Shown here: one piece after another, positions 19,801 through 29,714 of the stretch | Layout of the letters: each line of letters starts with the position of its first letter | How positions within the stretch are numbered: the first letter of the stretch is position 1 | Virus record (IMG/VR): IMGVR_UViG_3300031952_002809 | Location: 57,554-121,553 of that record | Direction: 5' to 3' (one strand) | DNA from: a virus | Length of the DNA stretch: 64,000 nucleotides | Translations under genes and position numbers: made by a program | Notes under the pieces: model-generated | The model's database searches: none | Seen by the model: only the letters and a program-made list of their open reading frames with translations | What the model was told of the DNA's origin: nothing

Positions 19801-22091
19801 GAGGGTCGCTGAGTTCTTATACCGATGGAGTTATAATTCCAGCAGATTGCCCCAATTATTTATGTAGGTTAAATGCAGATGGAACCTTAGATACTACTTT
19901 CAATTATTCTGCTGGTAATACAAGAGGATTTGATAATACTTTACGCGCTATTGCTATTCAATCTGATAGTAAGATATTAGTTGGAGGAGCATTTACACAA
20001 TACATTGATTCAACAGGAACATTAACCTCTTGTCCTGATAGATTTTGTAGAGTAAATTCAGATGGTACATTAGATCAGACTTTTAATTACGGTAGTGGTA
20101 GAGGTTTTAACGGAACAGTATATGCAGTTACAGCTAAATCAGATGGCAAAATATTAGTTGGGGGTAGTTTTTCTACATATGCCGATGGACTTATAACAGC
20201 AGCAGACTGTCCAGATAAATTATGTCGTCTTAACTCTGACGGTACTTTAGATCAAACTTTTAATTATGCAGAAAGTAGAGGTTTTGATGATTGGGTGTTA
20301 TGTTTAGCAATTCAATCTGATAGCAAAATAATTGTGGGGGGCGGGTTTGCAGAATATGCTGATGGAGTCACAACGGCTTCTTACTGTCCTGATTCTCTAT
20401 GTCGTCTTAACTCTGATGGTACATTAGATACTTCGTTTAATTATGCAGCCAGTAGAGGGTTTAATGATCAAGTACGTGCTATAGCTATTCAATCTGATGG
20501 AAAAATATTAGTTGGGGGTAGTTTTACTACATATGCCGATGGAATTATAACTCCAGCAGATTGTCCAGATAGATTATGCCGAGTAAGCGCAGATGGTACG
20601 TTAGATAAAACTTTCAATTATTCTGCTGGAATTACTACAAGAGGTTTTGATGGTGCTGTATATTCCATTGTTATTCAATCAGATGGTATGATAGTGGTTG
20701 GGGGAGGTTTTACCTCGTATACTGATGAAAATGGAGCATTGACAAGCTGCCCCAATTATTTATGTAGATTAACCTCTACGGGAGCATTAGATCAAACATT
20801 TAATTCTGAGTTTGATAGCTCTGTTTATGATATACAAATTGATGCTGATGATACTATATTTTGCGGAGGCTCTTTTACCCAATTAAATAATTTATCATGT
20901 AACAATAGATTAGTAAAACTAACTAAAGATGGGTATATAAAACCAATAATATCAAATCAACCAATACAATATGGTATTACTCCTGTTTTAACAAATAATT
21001 GTATCTACCATTTAGACAATACATATACTGATGAGTATGGAAATACTTCATGGGCTGCTACTAATACTACATTTTCAAATACTGTTTCTAAGTTTGGAAC
21101 ATATTCATTATATTTTAATGGTACTACTGCGTATGCAACAAACTCTGGAATAACTTTAGGATCAAAACCGTTCACATATGAATGTTGGGTGTATTTTACT
21201 TCATCTGGAACTCATACTGTTATTTGTTCTGCGGCAGAATATGGAATTTTAATACAAATTAATACTTCTGGTAAATTATTACATTATGCTAGTTCTGATG
21301 GGTCAACCTGGGATGTATGGAACGCTCTAGCTTCTGGTGCAACAACTATGCAAATTAATAAATGGTATCATATTGTAATTGAATGGGATGGTTCATATAT
21401 TAGTTCCTATATTAATGGAGTTCAACAATACAAAACAGCAACTATTAGAATATTTGAACAAACTTCTGGAATAAGAATTGGAGCACAATACACAACCCCT
21501 TCAGCATATTTTGTAGGTTATTTGAGTGAAATAAGAATTTCTCAAGGGTTTACAAGATATGGTGGGAATAACAGAACGGTATTTTCACCTCCATTATCAT
21601 CATTCAATATTGAGCTATTATATTTCTTTAATATTCAAGAGATGCAAATGTATAGATATAGGGCAACAGCATACTTACCATGCAAAGCGATTGGGATTGC
21701 TACAGTAGATAAAACTGCTGCTGGTACATATACGATTTATAATTATGCTATTCATAATGAATATATTGCTCCTCCTACTTTATTAAGTGTAAATACTACA
21801 TATAGTTTTAATCACAATTTGGGAGTACCAATGGAATATATTAAAATTGGTGGCTCATTAAAAAATTTAGCTACAGCAGAAACTTTAAATTTTACCCCAC
21901 AAAGTAATTTTGATGCTTCTGTTAACTATAATAATTATGCAGGAACAAATCAATATTTAAATAATGTTAAAATGTGGGTGCGTACAGGAACAACTACTAC
22001 AATGAATTATGTAAACTCTGGTGGTACTACAACTGCATTAATTACAGCTAGTAGAGCAAAATTAAACTTAATTTTAGAAAGATCTTTTTAA
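16854..22091 (+). CDS. Delta-60-repeat beta-propeller protein with C-terminal LamG/concanavalin-like domain; probable receptor-binding protein
   Basis: About 21 repeats AIQSDGKILVGG...RLNxDGTLDQTFN; LamG motifs SLYFNG, FTYECWV, NKWYHIV, YING, GYLSEIRIS. Confidence 0.85.
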   Translation: MAKRHTILNALKDSNGYNNALQKIFGDTVGLVADTENPYALSIAGGFNKYNEVNYFYEYRDEDSFQKWDLHDYPIGVYQLLFDPENNAEDFNTFYNYSERSSSGFDGATNTIAIQSDGKILVGGYFITYDDGIIAPYDCPDYLCRLNSDGTLDQTFNYSVGNARGFDNIVKAIAIQSDGKILVGGSFTTYADGIITNTDCPDYLCRLNSDGTLDQTFNYSVGNARGFNLNVNTIVVLSNGKILVGGYFTTYDDGIITNTDCPKYLCRLNADGTLDQTFNYSAGNTRGGDEEVTSIVVQSDGKIIVGGWWTAYSDGIITPADCPKYLCRLNADGTLDQTFNYSAGNTRGFNDGAYSVALQSDGKIIVCGNFTSYTDEIITPADCPDKLCRLNADGTLDQTFNYSVGNARGFSSLMHAVAIQSDGKILVGGTVSATYTDGLITPGDCPRGISRINTNGTLDQTFNYKAGITDRGLNGATNTIAIQSDGKILVGGSFTSYTDGTIMNTSCPAFLCRLNTTGTLDQTFNYFPLRGFFGINGTVSAIAVQSDGKILVGGFSIKYADEIITPADCPDRLCRLNADGTLDQTFNYSVGNARGFDNTVFSIAIQSDGKILVGGSFSTYDDGIITATHAPDRLCRLNADGTLDQTFNYTASTGRGFNGVVYAIAIQSDGKILVGGNFSSYTDGVITATHCPDYVCRLNTNGTLDQTFNYTTATGRGFSSTVSAIAIQSDGKILVGGAFVSYADGIITATHAPDRLCRLNAAGTLDQTFNYTTATGRGFGGTVYAIVIQSDGKILVGGTSVSYTDGIITPADCPDRLCRVSADGTLDTSFNYSVGVTTRGFSAGTVQSVVRLSDDTFVVGGFGLVAYTDATGSSLTICDNLCSIDTDGTLIQSRNYNGICSTAVNAIAVVPYTNEIYCGVANTGTSHYYTHSETTYYRINKGLLKLKYDLSLDTTFNGLRGFTFTDDILYKTILQSDGKVLAGGSLSSYTDGVIIPADCPNYLCRLNADGTLDTTFNYSAGNTRGFDNTLRAIAIQSDSKILVGGAFTQYIDSTGTLTSCPDRFCRVNSDGTLDQTFNYGSGRGFNGTVYAVTAKSDGKILVGGSFSTYADGLITAADCPDKLCRLNSDGTLDQTFNYAESRGFDDWVLCLAIQSDSKIIVGGGFAEYADGVTTASYCPDSLCRLNSDGTLDTSFNYAASRGFNDQVRAIAIQSDGKILVGGSFTTYADGIITPADCPDRLCRVSADGTLDKTFNYSAGITTRGFDGAVYSIVIQSDGMIVVGGGFTSYTDENGALTSCPNYLCRLTSTGALDQTFNSEFDSSVYDIQIDADDTIFCGGSFTQLNNLSCNNRLVKLTKDGYIKPIISNQPIQYGITPVLTNNCIYHLDNTYTDEYGNTSWAATNTTFSNTVSKFGTYSLYFNGTTAYATNSGITLGSKPFTYECWVYFTSSGTHTVICSAAEYGILIQINTSGKLLHYASSDGSTWDVWNALASGATTMQINKWYHIVIEWDGSYISSYINGVQQYKTATIRIFEQTSGIRIGAQYTTPSAYFVGYLSEIRISQGFTRYGGNNRTVFSPPLSSFNIELLYFFNIQEMQMYRYRATAYLPCKAIGIATVDKTAAGTYTIYNYAIHNEYIAPPTLLSVNTTYSFNHNLGVPMEYIKIGGSLKNLATAETLNFTPQSNFDASVNYNNYAGTNQYLNNVKMWVRTGTTTTMNYVNSGGTTTALITASRAKLNLILERSF

Positions 22092-22101
22092 TGGGGGTAA
22101 T

Positions 22102-22416
22102 ATGAAATATTATATTACTGTAGAAAATAATTATTATGAAGGAGATCGAGTGCATCCTTCTGATATGGAAGTAACTCAGCGCCCATCATACTTATATAAA
22201 TATAATCGAGAAACATCACAATGGGAAATCGATCTTGTTCAAGAAAATGAAGATTTAAAAAGACAAATTGATAACTCAGATAAGGATGTAATTCGCATTA
22301 TTGATGATTTATTTACAGTTTTAAAAACTAAAAACATTATTGTAGATGAAGATTTTGATGCATCTGTAATTACGAAACTAACTAATAGAAAAAATATTAG
22401 GGATACACTACTATAG
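22102..22416 (+). CDS. Putative tail-fibre assembly/accessory protein
   Basis: Follows fibre genes; RPSYLYKYN..W plus coiled coil. Confidence 0.5.
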   Translation: MKYYITVENNYYEGDRVHPSDMEVTQRPSYLYKYNRETSQWEIDLVQENEDLKRQIDNSDKDVIRIIDDLFTVLKTKNIIVDEDFDASVITKLTNRKNIRDTLL

Positions 22417-22590
22417 GGGGGACATTTATGTCACACACCCTGGTACGTCAAATGTAACTGTAATGGCACCTACTGTTGGATGACTAAATTAATTTTAATT
22501 ATACTTAAAAAAAGCTGCCGATACTATACTAGCTACGAAGCATTCTAGTGTATACATTAGATATAACATTAAAAAACAGAGGTACTTCTT

Positions 22591-22824
22591 ATGGCAAAAA
22601 CATATCAGTTTAGATTGTCGGATGAAGTCGACGAGGAAAAAAACAAAGTAAAAAGACAAATTATTGTGACAGAACCAATTACTACAACTGCTATTGTAGC
22701 AATAGAGGGGCTGCGTGAGGAGAAGGAAAGATTAAATAATCAGATAGACACTCTTCAACTTCGCAAGGATGCAATAAAGGATGAAATAGATGCAATAAAA
22801 GCTGCTTTGTCTATAGTAGAATAA
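22591..22824 (+). CDS. Coiled-coil hypothetical protein
   Basis: RBS GAGGT; heptad pattern. Confidence 0.6.
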   Translation: MAKTYQFRLSDEVDEEKNKVKRQIIVTEPITTTAIVAIEGLREEKERLNNQIDTLQLRKDAIKDEIDAIKAALSIVE

Positions 22825-22853
22825 CTTATTTAAAATATAAGAGGAAAGATAAT

Positions 22854-23327
22854 ATGAAGAATAAAGATTTGTTAGATTTGTTTTCTGCTTTGGAATCTGT
22901 TAATTCTGATACCTGCAGCGCTAAGTTCAAGTATGGTATAGCTCGTAACAAGAAGATTATTGAAAATCAAATAAAGATATTGCAGGATTTGATAAAACCA
23001 TCTGACGCATACATACAAATTGAGAATGAGCGGTTAGCTATTTGTCATAAGTATTGCGAAAGGGATGAAAATAATAATCCACGAATGATAAACAATATGT
23101 TTGTCATGAAAGAAGACACGCGAGCAGAGAGTGACACAGAGATTACAGAGTTTATGGCTAAAAATAAAGATATATTCGATGCAGCTGTAAAGAGATCTCA
23201 AGAACTAACTGCTCTTCTTGAAGAAGAAATAGATATTCCACTATATAGTATTCCAATAGATGCTATACCGGATACGATAAAACAATCAGAAATGGATGTC
23301 TTTGCCAGGTTGGACATGATTGTTTAA
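22854..23327 (+). CDS. Hypothetical phage protein
   Basis: RBS GAGG; KFKYGIARN...ICHKYCERDENN. Confidence 0.65.
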   Translation: MKNKDLLDLFSALESVNSDTCSAKFKYGIARNKKIIENQIKILQDLIKPSDAYIQIENERLAICHKYCERDENNNPRMINNMFVMKEDTRAESDTEITEFMAKNKDIFDAAVKRSQELTALLEEEIDIPLYSIPIDAIPDTIKQSEMDVFARLDMIV

Positions 23328-23793
23328 AAAGGGCACTGTGAAAAAGAAAAAAAATATGGCTTCTAAAAAGAGTTCCACTTCTAAAAAAGCAGATGCCCCT
23401 ATTGCTAAACCAGAAGAGCGAAAGAGTAGGGTTTTATGGGTTGGCCATTTTTTTCAATGGCTTGATGATAACATCCTCAGCAAGACAACAAGACTTCTAA
23501 TGTACGTACTGGAGTTTTCGGGGGTCTTTGCTATCTGTATAATCATATACGAGTTTAGACATGGGATAGCTTTAATTGAAATAGCTACTGACGATTTCTC
23601 TTTGAAAAAGGCGGAGTCAATTGTTGGCTCAGTTAAGGATTTTGCCAGTCCTCTTGCTATCATGGTTACAACTATTTGTGGTGCCGTTCCTACAGTAATG
23701 GGTGTATTTAGATCACTGAAAAAGAAATGGGGAGTGGATAAAGATTCGATAGCAGCTGCTGCTCAGGCAGCTATGAAAAATGCAACTCCGTGA
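23320..23793 (+). CDS. Two-TM membrane protein, holin candidate
   Basis: Basic N-terminus, two hydrophobic segments. Confidence 0.45.
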   Translation: MFKKGTVKKKKNMASKKSSTSKKADAPIAKPEERKSRVLWVGHFFQWLDDNILSKTTRLLMYVLEFSGVFAICIIIYEFRHGIALIEIATDDFSLKKAESIVGSVKDFASPLAIMVTTICGAVPTVMGVFRSLKKKWGVDKDSIAAAAQAAMKNATP

Positions 23794-23808
23794 TGAGGGA
23801 GCATTGCC

Positions 23809-24183
23809 ATGAATTTTAAAGAAAAGTTTTCAGCGTTCATAGCAAGAATTACATCTATCATTGATACTAAAGATGGGTGGTTCCCTTTTATAAATAACCA
23901 ACTCAAATGGGCAGTTGGTTTTTTAATTAAAACCATAACACTTCTCTTAACATTGTACTTGGTTATCCTTCTAGTGAAGGGGCTCCAGATGGCATCGCTG
24001 CTACGCTCAGTTGTTGTCAAGGACGCTCTTGGTATAGTTCCTCAAGGGTCTACGGTAACATCATCCCCTGACATAAATTATACTGGGGATCTTAAGAGTA
24101 TTGATGGGGTTGTTAAGATGCTGGAATCAAAAAAGAAAGGAACTCAGAAAGATGAAAAAGCTAATAAGAAGGTTGGTAAGTAG
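23809..24183 (+). CDS. Single-TM membrane protein
   Basis: Hydrophobic AVGFLIKTITLLLTLYLVILLV; RBS GGAG. Confidence 0.55.
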   Translation: MNFKEKFSAFIARITSIIDTKDGWFPFINNQLKWAVGFLIKTITLLLTLYLVILLVKGLQMASLLRSVVVKDALGIVPQGSTVTSSPDINYTGDLKSIDGVVKMLESKKKGTQKDEKANKKVGK

Positions 24184-24751
24184 CCTTACTTTTTTACTAT
24201 TGGGGATTCCTCTGTATGCAAATGTTGTTCTCACTGATTCAGAATACGATGCCTTGCTTCAGAGATTGAAGAGTGACAAATATTTATTGGGCATTGAGAA
24301 CATTCGGTGGGAGGAATTAAAGAAGAGTAAGCCAAAAATAACATACGAGATAATAGATGACACAGTTGTAATTCAAACTATTGAAATACCCATCTACAAT
24401 AGCAAGCCTCTTATTTATGAAGTTAAGTTTGCTATAGAAAAGAAAGATACTCTTAAATGGGTTCCCTGGACATTTCAACTGTGCGGAATGTTTGAAACGA
24501 ATTATTCAGTTGGAACCAAGTTCAATATATATCCAGATGCAAAGCTCGGCGTACGATTCTTTAGCACGGCTCCGGCGGGAATAAAGTTTCTTACTCTCGG
24601 GTTTAATGTTTTTGTTGGTATACGCTCGACAGGATTATCATTGAGTTATTCATTACCAAAGCCACTGAAGAATACATCTATTCACTTTTATGTTGGTGTT
24701 GCTTATACAGCAAAGGTAGCATATGGCTTTGGAATAAGTTTAAACTTTTAA
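24152..24751 (+). CDS. Exported protein with C-terminal amphipathic beta strands
   Basis: Start revised to 24152 (MKKLIRRLVSSLTFLLLGIPLYA signal peptide); ends YGFGISLNF. Confidence 0.55.
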   Translation: MKKLIRRLVSSLTFLLLGIPLYANVVLTDSEYDALLQRLKSDKYLLGIENIRWEELKKSKPKITYEIIDDTVVIQTIEIPIYNSKPLIYEVKFAIEKKDTLKWVPWTFQLCGMFETNYSVGTKFNIYPDAKLGVRFFSTAPAGIKFLTLGFNVFVGIRSTGLSLSYSLPKPLKNTSIHFYVGVAYTAKVAYGFGISLNF

Positions 24752-24754
24752 AGG

Positions 24755-27700
24755 ATGCATATGGGTATAGGTGATAGATTAGCCGATTCAAATTATATAC
24801 CGAGTACAGCTTCTAACGTAAATCAATTTGATTATGTACAAGTAGTAAAGTGCCCCGTCACATTTACAAATGATCCTCTTGAATATGCTGAGGGATTTCT
24901 TCAATACAAACTAAAGCCTGTGCAGAGACAAGTTCTTGAGGATTTATTTACTATCGGCGCTGATGGAATGCCTGTGTATAATCATGCTGTGTTCATAAGC
25001 GGAATGCGCTGCCTCGGTCTAGGAACAGAAGTTCTTATGTATGATGGCACTCTTAAAAAAGTTGAGGATGTTGCTACAGGTGATCTTCTCATGGGTCCAG
25101 ATTCAAAACCGAGAACTGTCTTATCAACAACATCAGGAGAGTCAGAATTGTACAAAATAGGGCAATCCTGTGCTATGGAATATGTTGTAAATGAAAGTCA
25201 TGTATTATCCCTTAAAAAGGCTCAGTCAGCAAAAGGAGCAGCCTCTAATGCATATGGAAATGCATTCGATAGATTTACTGATTACCCTGATATAGTAAAT
25301 ATATCTATAAAAGACTACTTAAGTAAATCAAATAAATGGAAATACTTTTTTAGAGGATACACAGCAGGATGTGTTGGGTTTGATTACCAAACAGTTCCAA
25401 TTGATCCATACTTACTTGGTGTTTGGTTAGGAGACGGAGTCAGCAGATGTTTACAGATATGCAGTGCTGATACAGAGATAGTAGACTGGCTAAAGAACTA
25501 TGCAGTAGAACAAAATTTACTGGTTAACGCATATGAAAAGAAGGACAACTTAGCTGTCGATTATACTCTTTCTAAAGAAAGAAAAGAATTTAGACATTCA
25601 AATCCAGTTTGGGAAGAATTTAGAAAACTAAAACTTGAACAAAATAAACATATACCTGATTGTTATATAGCAAATAGTAAAGATATTCGTCTTAAGGTTT
25701 TGGCAGGTATTGTGGACACAGATGGTACCTATGTAAAGCACGGTTATGAGATAACGTTAGCAAATGAAAAGCTGATTAAAGATGTTAAAAGATTAGCGGA
25801 CTCCCTAGGATACCGAACTAATTTAAGAAAAAAGATAACAACATGTCAAGTTAAGAGTTTTGTTGGAGTTGCTTGGAGACTTTCCATACATGGTTCTGTA
25901 TGGGAGATACCTTGTTTAATTGAGAGAAAGAAATATAAACATACTGGAAAATATTCTAATAAAGAAAATGGATTATCTTCTTTAAAAGTTGAGTCAATTG
26001 GTAAAGGGAAGTACGCCGGATTTACTGTGGATGGTGACAATTTATTTTGTTTGTCTGATGGGACAGCCACCCACAATAGTGGTAAGAGCGTAACTGGGGG
26101 TATAATAGGATCATTTCTTCTTCAAAAACTTCTTGCTATGGATAATCCTGGTGAACATCTCGGGCAAGTTCCTGGCCAAAAGTTTGTTGCAGAATACATC
26201 GCTACATCAGAACAACAATCGAAGCAGACCGCGTACGCATCGTTCGTAAATATTATTTCCAACACAGACTGGTGGAGAAAATATATTGGATATCTTCGAG
26301 AGCGAGAGCTCAAGGAAGGAAAAGAAACTCTTGTACGAATATTGGACAAGAGTATTATATTTCCATCAAAGAATCTTGAGGCGCATAGCCTTCATAGTAA
26401 TAGTGCATCCATAGCTGGCTTTACGGCATTCTTTGTGTGCTTTGATGAGATGTCTCGATTTGATGTGAGTGATACTGATGTGCAACAGCAGAGTGAAAAA
26501 CGATCCGCTCAGGCAGTTTATTACACTGCCGCTCGAGCAGCAAAGACACTTAATGGATTCAGTAAAATATTAACGATCACTTCTCCTATGTATGAGACTG
26601 ACTTTGGTATGCAGTTGCTGTATATGTCCAAAGAAGTCAAAGCAGGACCATCCACAAAAAAGATAATTGATGCGTTACGAACTAGATATACAACCCGTGT
26701 TGATGATATAATAGGATACCATTATTGTACATATGAGGCTAACCCAAAAACAGATGCTGATAAGTTTGGATATACTTCAAAATCATTTGATGCTGAGAAG
26801 GCCGCTAACTACTCAGCTTTCATGCGTGACTATATGGCTATTCCTCCTGCTGCCATTAGTCCTTTCTTTGAACTTCCTGAGCGTATAGATAGGTCTGTAT
26901 ACACTGGAAGAGATCCTCTTGTTATATTTACTGATGAGTTTATTCACAAGCAAGTAGGTTCTGAATTAAGGAAATATATAGGGAAGAGAATACAGGTAAT
27001 CAATTCAAATAAAATTCAGAAGTACTTTATCTGCTGTGACCAGGGTGCTGTGAAAGACAGCTTCGTTGTTGCTATGGGGCATGGAGAAACTTCCGTTGTT
27101 AAGATACCCGATGCTCGTGGAAATATGGCTGAAACAACACGTCACAAAGTAATAATAGATTTCGTTGAAGCGTGGAAACCTAATAAGGAAGAACGTATTA
27201 CAGTATCGTTTGAGAATGTTGAGGATGTCATTAAGGTTCTTAACAGTTGCTATTATATAGACCGCGTAGTATTCGACCAATGGAGTTCAATTGAGAGTAT
27301 TGAACGTCTTTTCTCTGAAGGAATTATGACAAAGAAGTTAGGAGCTGATCTTGAGATGTATGAAACGTTCAAAATACTTCTTTACAGCGGAATGATTGAT
27401 CTTCCTGACAATGATAAGTTGCTGACAGAATTACGACAACTTAGTATAATTAAAAACAAGAAGATAGACCACCCTCCAGAAGGTTGTTTCTCTCAAGAAA
27501 CACGAATTCGATTGCTTAATGGAACAGCACCAACTATTGGAGAACTGGCTGCCTTAGGACCTGAAAATGAATTTTGGGTATATTCTTGTTTGCCAGATGG
27601 AACAATTGTTCCAGCACGCGCTTATAATGCACATAAGACAAAAGATGTTACAGAGCTAATTCTTGTAAAATTAGATAACGGAGAAACAATTCGTTGTACG

Positions 27701-28855
27701 CCTAATCATTTATTTATGATACGTGATGGTACATATGTACAAGCTATGGATTTAAAGAAAAATTATTCTCTTATGCCGTTGTATACAAAATATAAAAAAG
27801 TATCAAAGAGCAAGAAGCTATATGAATTAGTTAAGATAAAATCAGATTGGCGGTACACACATAGGGTTGTTTTTAAATTTCTTAATGGTTGGGCAAAAAG
27901 AAGTGGTCATGCTATACACCATGCTGATTTAAACCCATTGAATAATTCTCCAGATAACTTAAAAGCAATGCTTGTGAAGGAGCATGCTCTACTGCATGCA
28001 AAATTAGTAGAATCAACAAATTCTCCAGAGAGAAATAGGAAACGATCAGAAACTCTTAAAAATATGTATAAAAATAATCCAGAATTTAAAAAGTTGAAAA
28101 AGAAAAATCTCATTGATGCTGCAAAAAATTATTGGGATTCACCTGAAGGTAAGGCACGAAGGAAAGAACTATCTAAAACTCAACTAAAAGAAGCTCAGAA
28201 AAAGAGATGTTCTACTATATATAAAAAAAGGATAGAAGCTCTTGGAGATAGTTTTAATTACATAATTTCATATAAACAATTAAAGGCTGTTGGGGGAGAC
28301 TTACTATACTGGAAAAAACGTTTTTCAAAGGAAGATTTTATAAAAAATTCTAAAAAGTTGGAAAATTTGAATATTGAAGATATTGAAAGTAAGACACGAC
28401 TTCAGTTTACTTCTGTTAAAAGAATCATAAAAAGATTAAATTATCCTGAAAAGAATAATCATAAAGTTGTTTCTATTAAAAAAATAAAATTAAAGTCTCC
28501 TATACCTGTTTATGATATAACAGTTCCTGTTTACAATAACTTTGCATTGGATTCAGGTATTTTTGTACACAATAGTAAAGACTTAGCTGATGCTATTATA
28601 AGAGTAGTTTGGTGTGTCTATCTCGATTCTATCCGAGATGCTGTCCATGGTAAATTTATGCTTCCTATTGGTCAGCAGCTGTCTACAGTCAGATCGGTAG
28701 CTACGGCTTTTGAAATAATGAAAAGTGATATAAGAGATGAGATGCCAAACTATGGAATCTTTGCTCCAGCCGGTTCAAGCAAGAGTGTATTTGGAAAATC
28801 GACTATTGTTCAGGGAAATGTTATCCCCAATATAGGGGACACGTATTTAAAATAG
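24755..28855 (+). CDS. terL: Terminase large subunit with two inteins
   Basis: After intein removal: Walker A GMRSGKS, Walker B CFDEM, ITSP, CCDQG, FDQWSS, DHPPEGSKDLADA; likely start 24761. Confidence 0.88.
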   Translation: MHMGIGDRLADSNYIPSTASNVNQFDYVQVVKCPVTFTNDPLEYAEGFLQYKLKPVQRQVLEDLFTIGADGMPVYNHAVFISGMRCLGLGTEVLMYDGTLKKVEDVATGDLLMGPDSKPRTVLSTTSGESELYKIGQSCAMEYVVNESHVLSLKKAQSAKGAASNAYGNAFDRFTDYPDIVNISIKDYLSKSNKWKYFFRGYTAGCVGFDYQTVPIDPYLLGVWLGDGVSRCLQICSADTEIVDWLKNYAVEQNLLVNAYEKKDNLAVDYTLSKERKEFRHSNPVWEEFRKLKLEQNKHIPDCYIANSKDIRLKVLAGIVDTDGTYVKHGYEITLANEKLIKDVKRLADSLGYRTNLRKKITTCQVKSFVGVAWRLSIHGSVWEIPCLIERKKYKHTGKYSNKENGLSSLKVESIGKGKYAGFTVDGDNLFCLSDGTATHNSGKSVTGGIIGSFLLQKLLAMDNPGEHLGQVPGQKFVAEYIATSEQQSKQTAYASFVNIISNTDWWRKYIGYLRERELKEGKETLVRILDKSIIFPSKNLEAHSLHSNSASIAGFTAFFVCFDEMSRFDVSDTDVQQQSEKRSAQAVYYTAARAAKTLNGFSKILTITSPMYETDFGMQLLYMSKEVKAGPSTKKIIDALRTRYTTRVDDIIGYHYCTYEANPKTDADKFGYTSKSFDAEKAANYSAFMRDYMAIPPAAISPFFELPERIDRSVYTGRDPLVIFTDEFIHKQVGSELRKYIGKRIQVINSNKIQKYFICCDQGAVKDSFVVAMGHGETSVVKIPDARGNMAETTRHKVIIDFVEAWKPNKEERITVSFENVEDVIKVLNSCYYIDRVVFDQWSSIESIERLFSEGIMTKKLGADLEMYETFKILLYSGMIDLPDNDKLLTELRQLSIIKNKKIDHPPEGCFSQETRIRLLNGTAPTIGELAALGPENEFWVYSCLPDGTIVPARAYNAHKTKDVTELILVKLDNGETIRCTPNHLFMIRDGTYVQAMDLKKNYSLMPLYTKYKKVSKSKKLYELVKIKSDWRYTHRVVFKFLNGWAKRSGHAIHHADLNPLNNSPDNLKAMLVKEHALLHAKLVESTNSPERNRKRSETLKNMYKNNPEFKKLKKKNLIDAAKNYWDSPEGKARRKELSKTQLKEAQKKRCSTIYKKRIEALGDSFNYIISYKQLKAVGGDLLYWKKRFSKEDFIKNSKKLENLNIEDIESKTRLQFTSVKRIIKRLNYPEKNNHKVVSIKKIKLKSPIPVYDITVPVYNNFALDSGIFVHNSKDLADAIIRVVWCVYLDSIRDAVHGKFMLPIGQQLSTVRSVATAFEIMKSDIRDEMPNYGIFAPAGSSKSVFGKSTIVQGNVIPNIGDTYLK
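25010..26077 (+). mobile_element. Intein 1 of terminase (LAGLIDADG, 356 aa)
   Basis: CLGLGTEV...ATHN|S; LLGVWLGDG and LAGIVDTDG. Confidence 0.93.
27485..28573 (+). mobile_element. Intein 2 of terminase (HNH endonuclease, 363 aa)
   Basis: CFSQETRI...CTPNH...FVHN|S; YTHRVV...IHHADLNPLNNSPDNL. Confidence 0.92.
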
Positions 28856-28865
28856 GATATTTATT

Positions 28866-29225
28866 ATGGCAAGACAATCACCGCAGCAAGGACCTTCAGA
28901 AAAAATGCCTACCCTTGTTCTTCTGGCAACAACAGGGGCTGCAGGAACAACAAAAAACTACAACTTCATAGACGGATCAATTGTTTACTATGAAAAAATC
29001 TTGAAGAGTGCTTTCTCATATACAATGATCGACAATATCGGTGCAGGAGAGATTCGAGTAACATACAATAGGCCAGCCTTAAGTTTAGTTACATACATAA
29101 ATGGCGCTAAAACTCTAAAAGCTGGGGATTCCTTGTACGTAGAAGAAGACGTATGGCACATTAAAATATACTTTGTACAGGATTCCACTGTCGAATTGGT
29201 TTTAAAATCTGACAAAGATATTTAA
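28866..29225 (+). CDS. Hypothetical beta-rich protein
   Basis: ORF directly after terminase. Confidence 0.6.
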   Translation: MARQSPQQGPSEKMPTLVLLATTGAAGTTKNYNFIDGSIVYYEKILKSAFSYTMIDNIGAGEIRVTYNRPALSLVTYINGAKTLKAGDSLYVEEDVWHIKIYFVQDSTVELVLKSDKDI

Positions 29226-29302
29226 TTTTTACATTATTATACTGGAATTTCGACGAGTCTAGCCTTAAAAACTCCCTCAACCGCAGTATTTTTTTCTTTT
29301 AG

Positions 29303-29683
29303 GTGATTTACATGAATCAACGAAACCCTTTTATGATGCGATCTCAATTTGTACAGGAGTCATCTGACCAAGTTAGACAGCCTGTTCAACAAATTGAAGT
29401 TGCTATGAAGCCCTCGTGCCAGCCCCAGGGTAGCTCACGGGAGAATCAGCTTCTTGCTGACCTTGCATTTGAAAGAAAGCGCTACGCTGAAGTTGAATTA
29501 GCGCTACTCAATCAGAAAGTAAATGCAGTGCACTTACTTATTCAGAATTTTGAGATGAAGATTATGCAACTGAGGCGAGACGCTACAACCTATACTAATG
29601 AAATCGCGGATAAAAAAAGAGAGATTACTGCGCTATCCAAAGACTATGAGGATAGAAAAAAAATAATTACTGAGTCTGTTTAA
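29303..29683 (+). CDS. Coiled-coil hypothetical protein
   Basis: Heptad pattern; start probably 29312. Confidence 0.55.
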   Translation: MIYMNQRNPFMMRSQFVQESSDQVRQPVQQIEVAMKPSCQPQGSSRENQLLADLAFERKRYAEVELALLNQKVNAVHLLIQNFEMKIMQLRRDATTYTNEIADKKREITALSKDYEDRKKIITESV

Positions 29684-29714
29684 CAACTAATGATGTGTAA
29701 TAAAGTGGAAGGAA

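Noticed and set aside
22414-22558. TAG read-through extension of ORF 22102
   Set aside because: The frame stays open ~45 codons but the product has no recognisable features; may be chance or a remnant.
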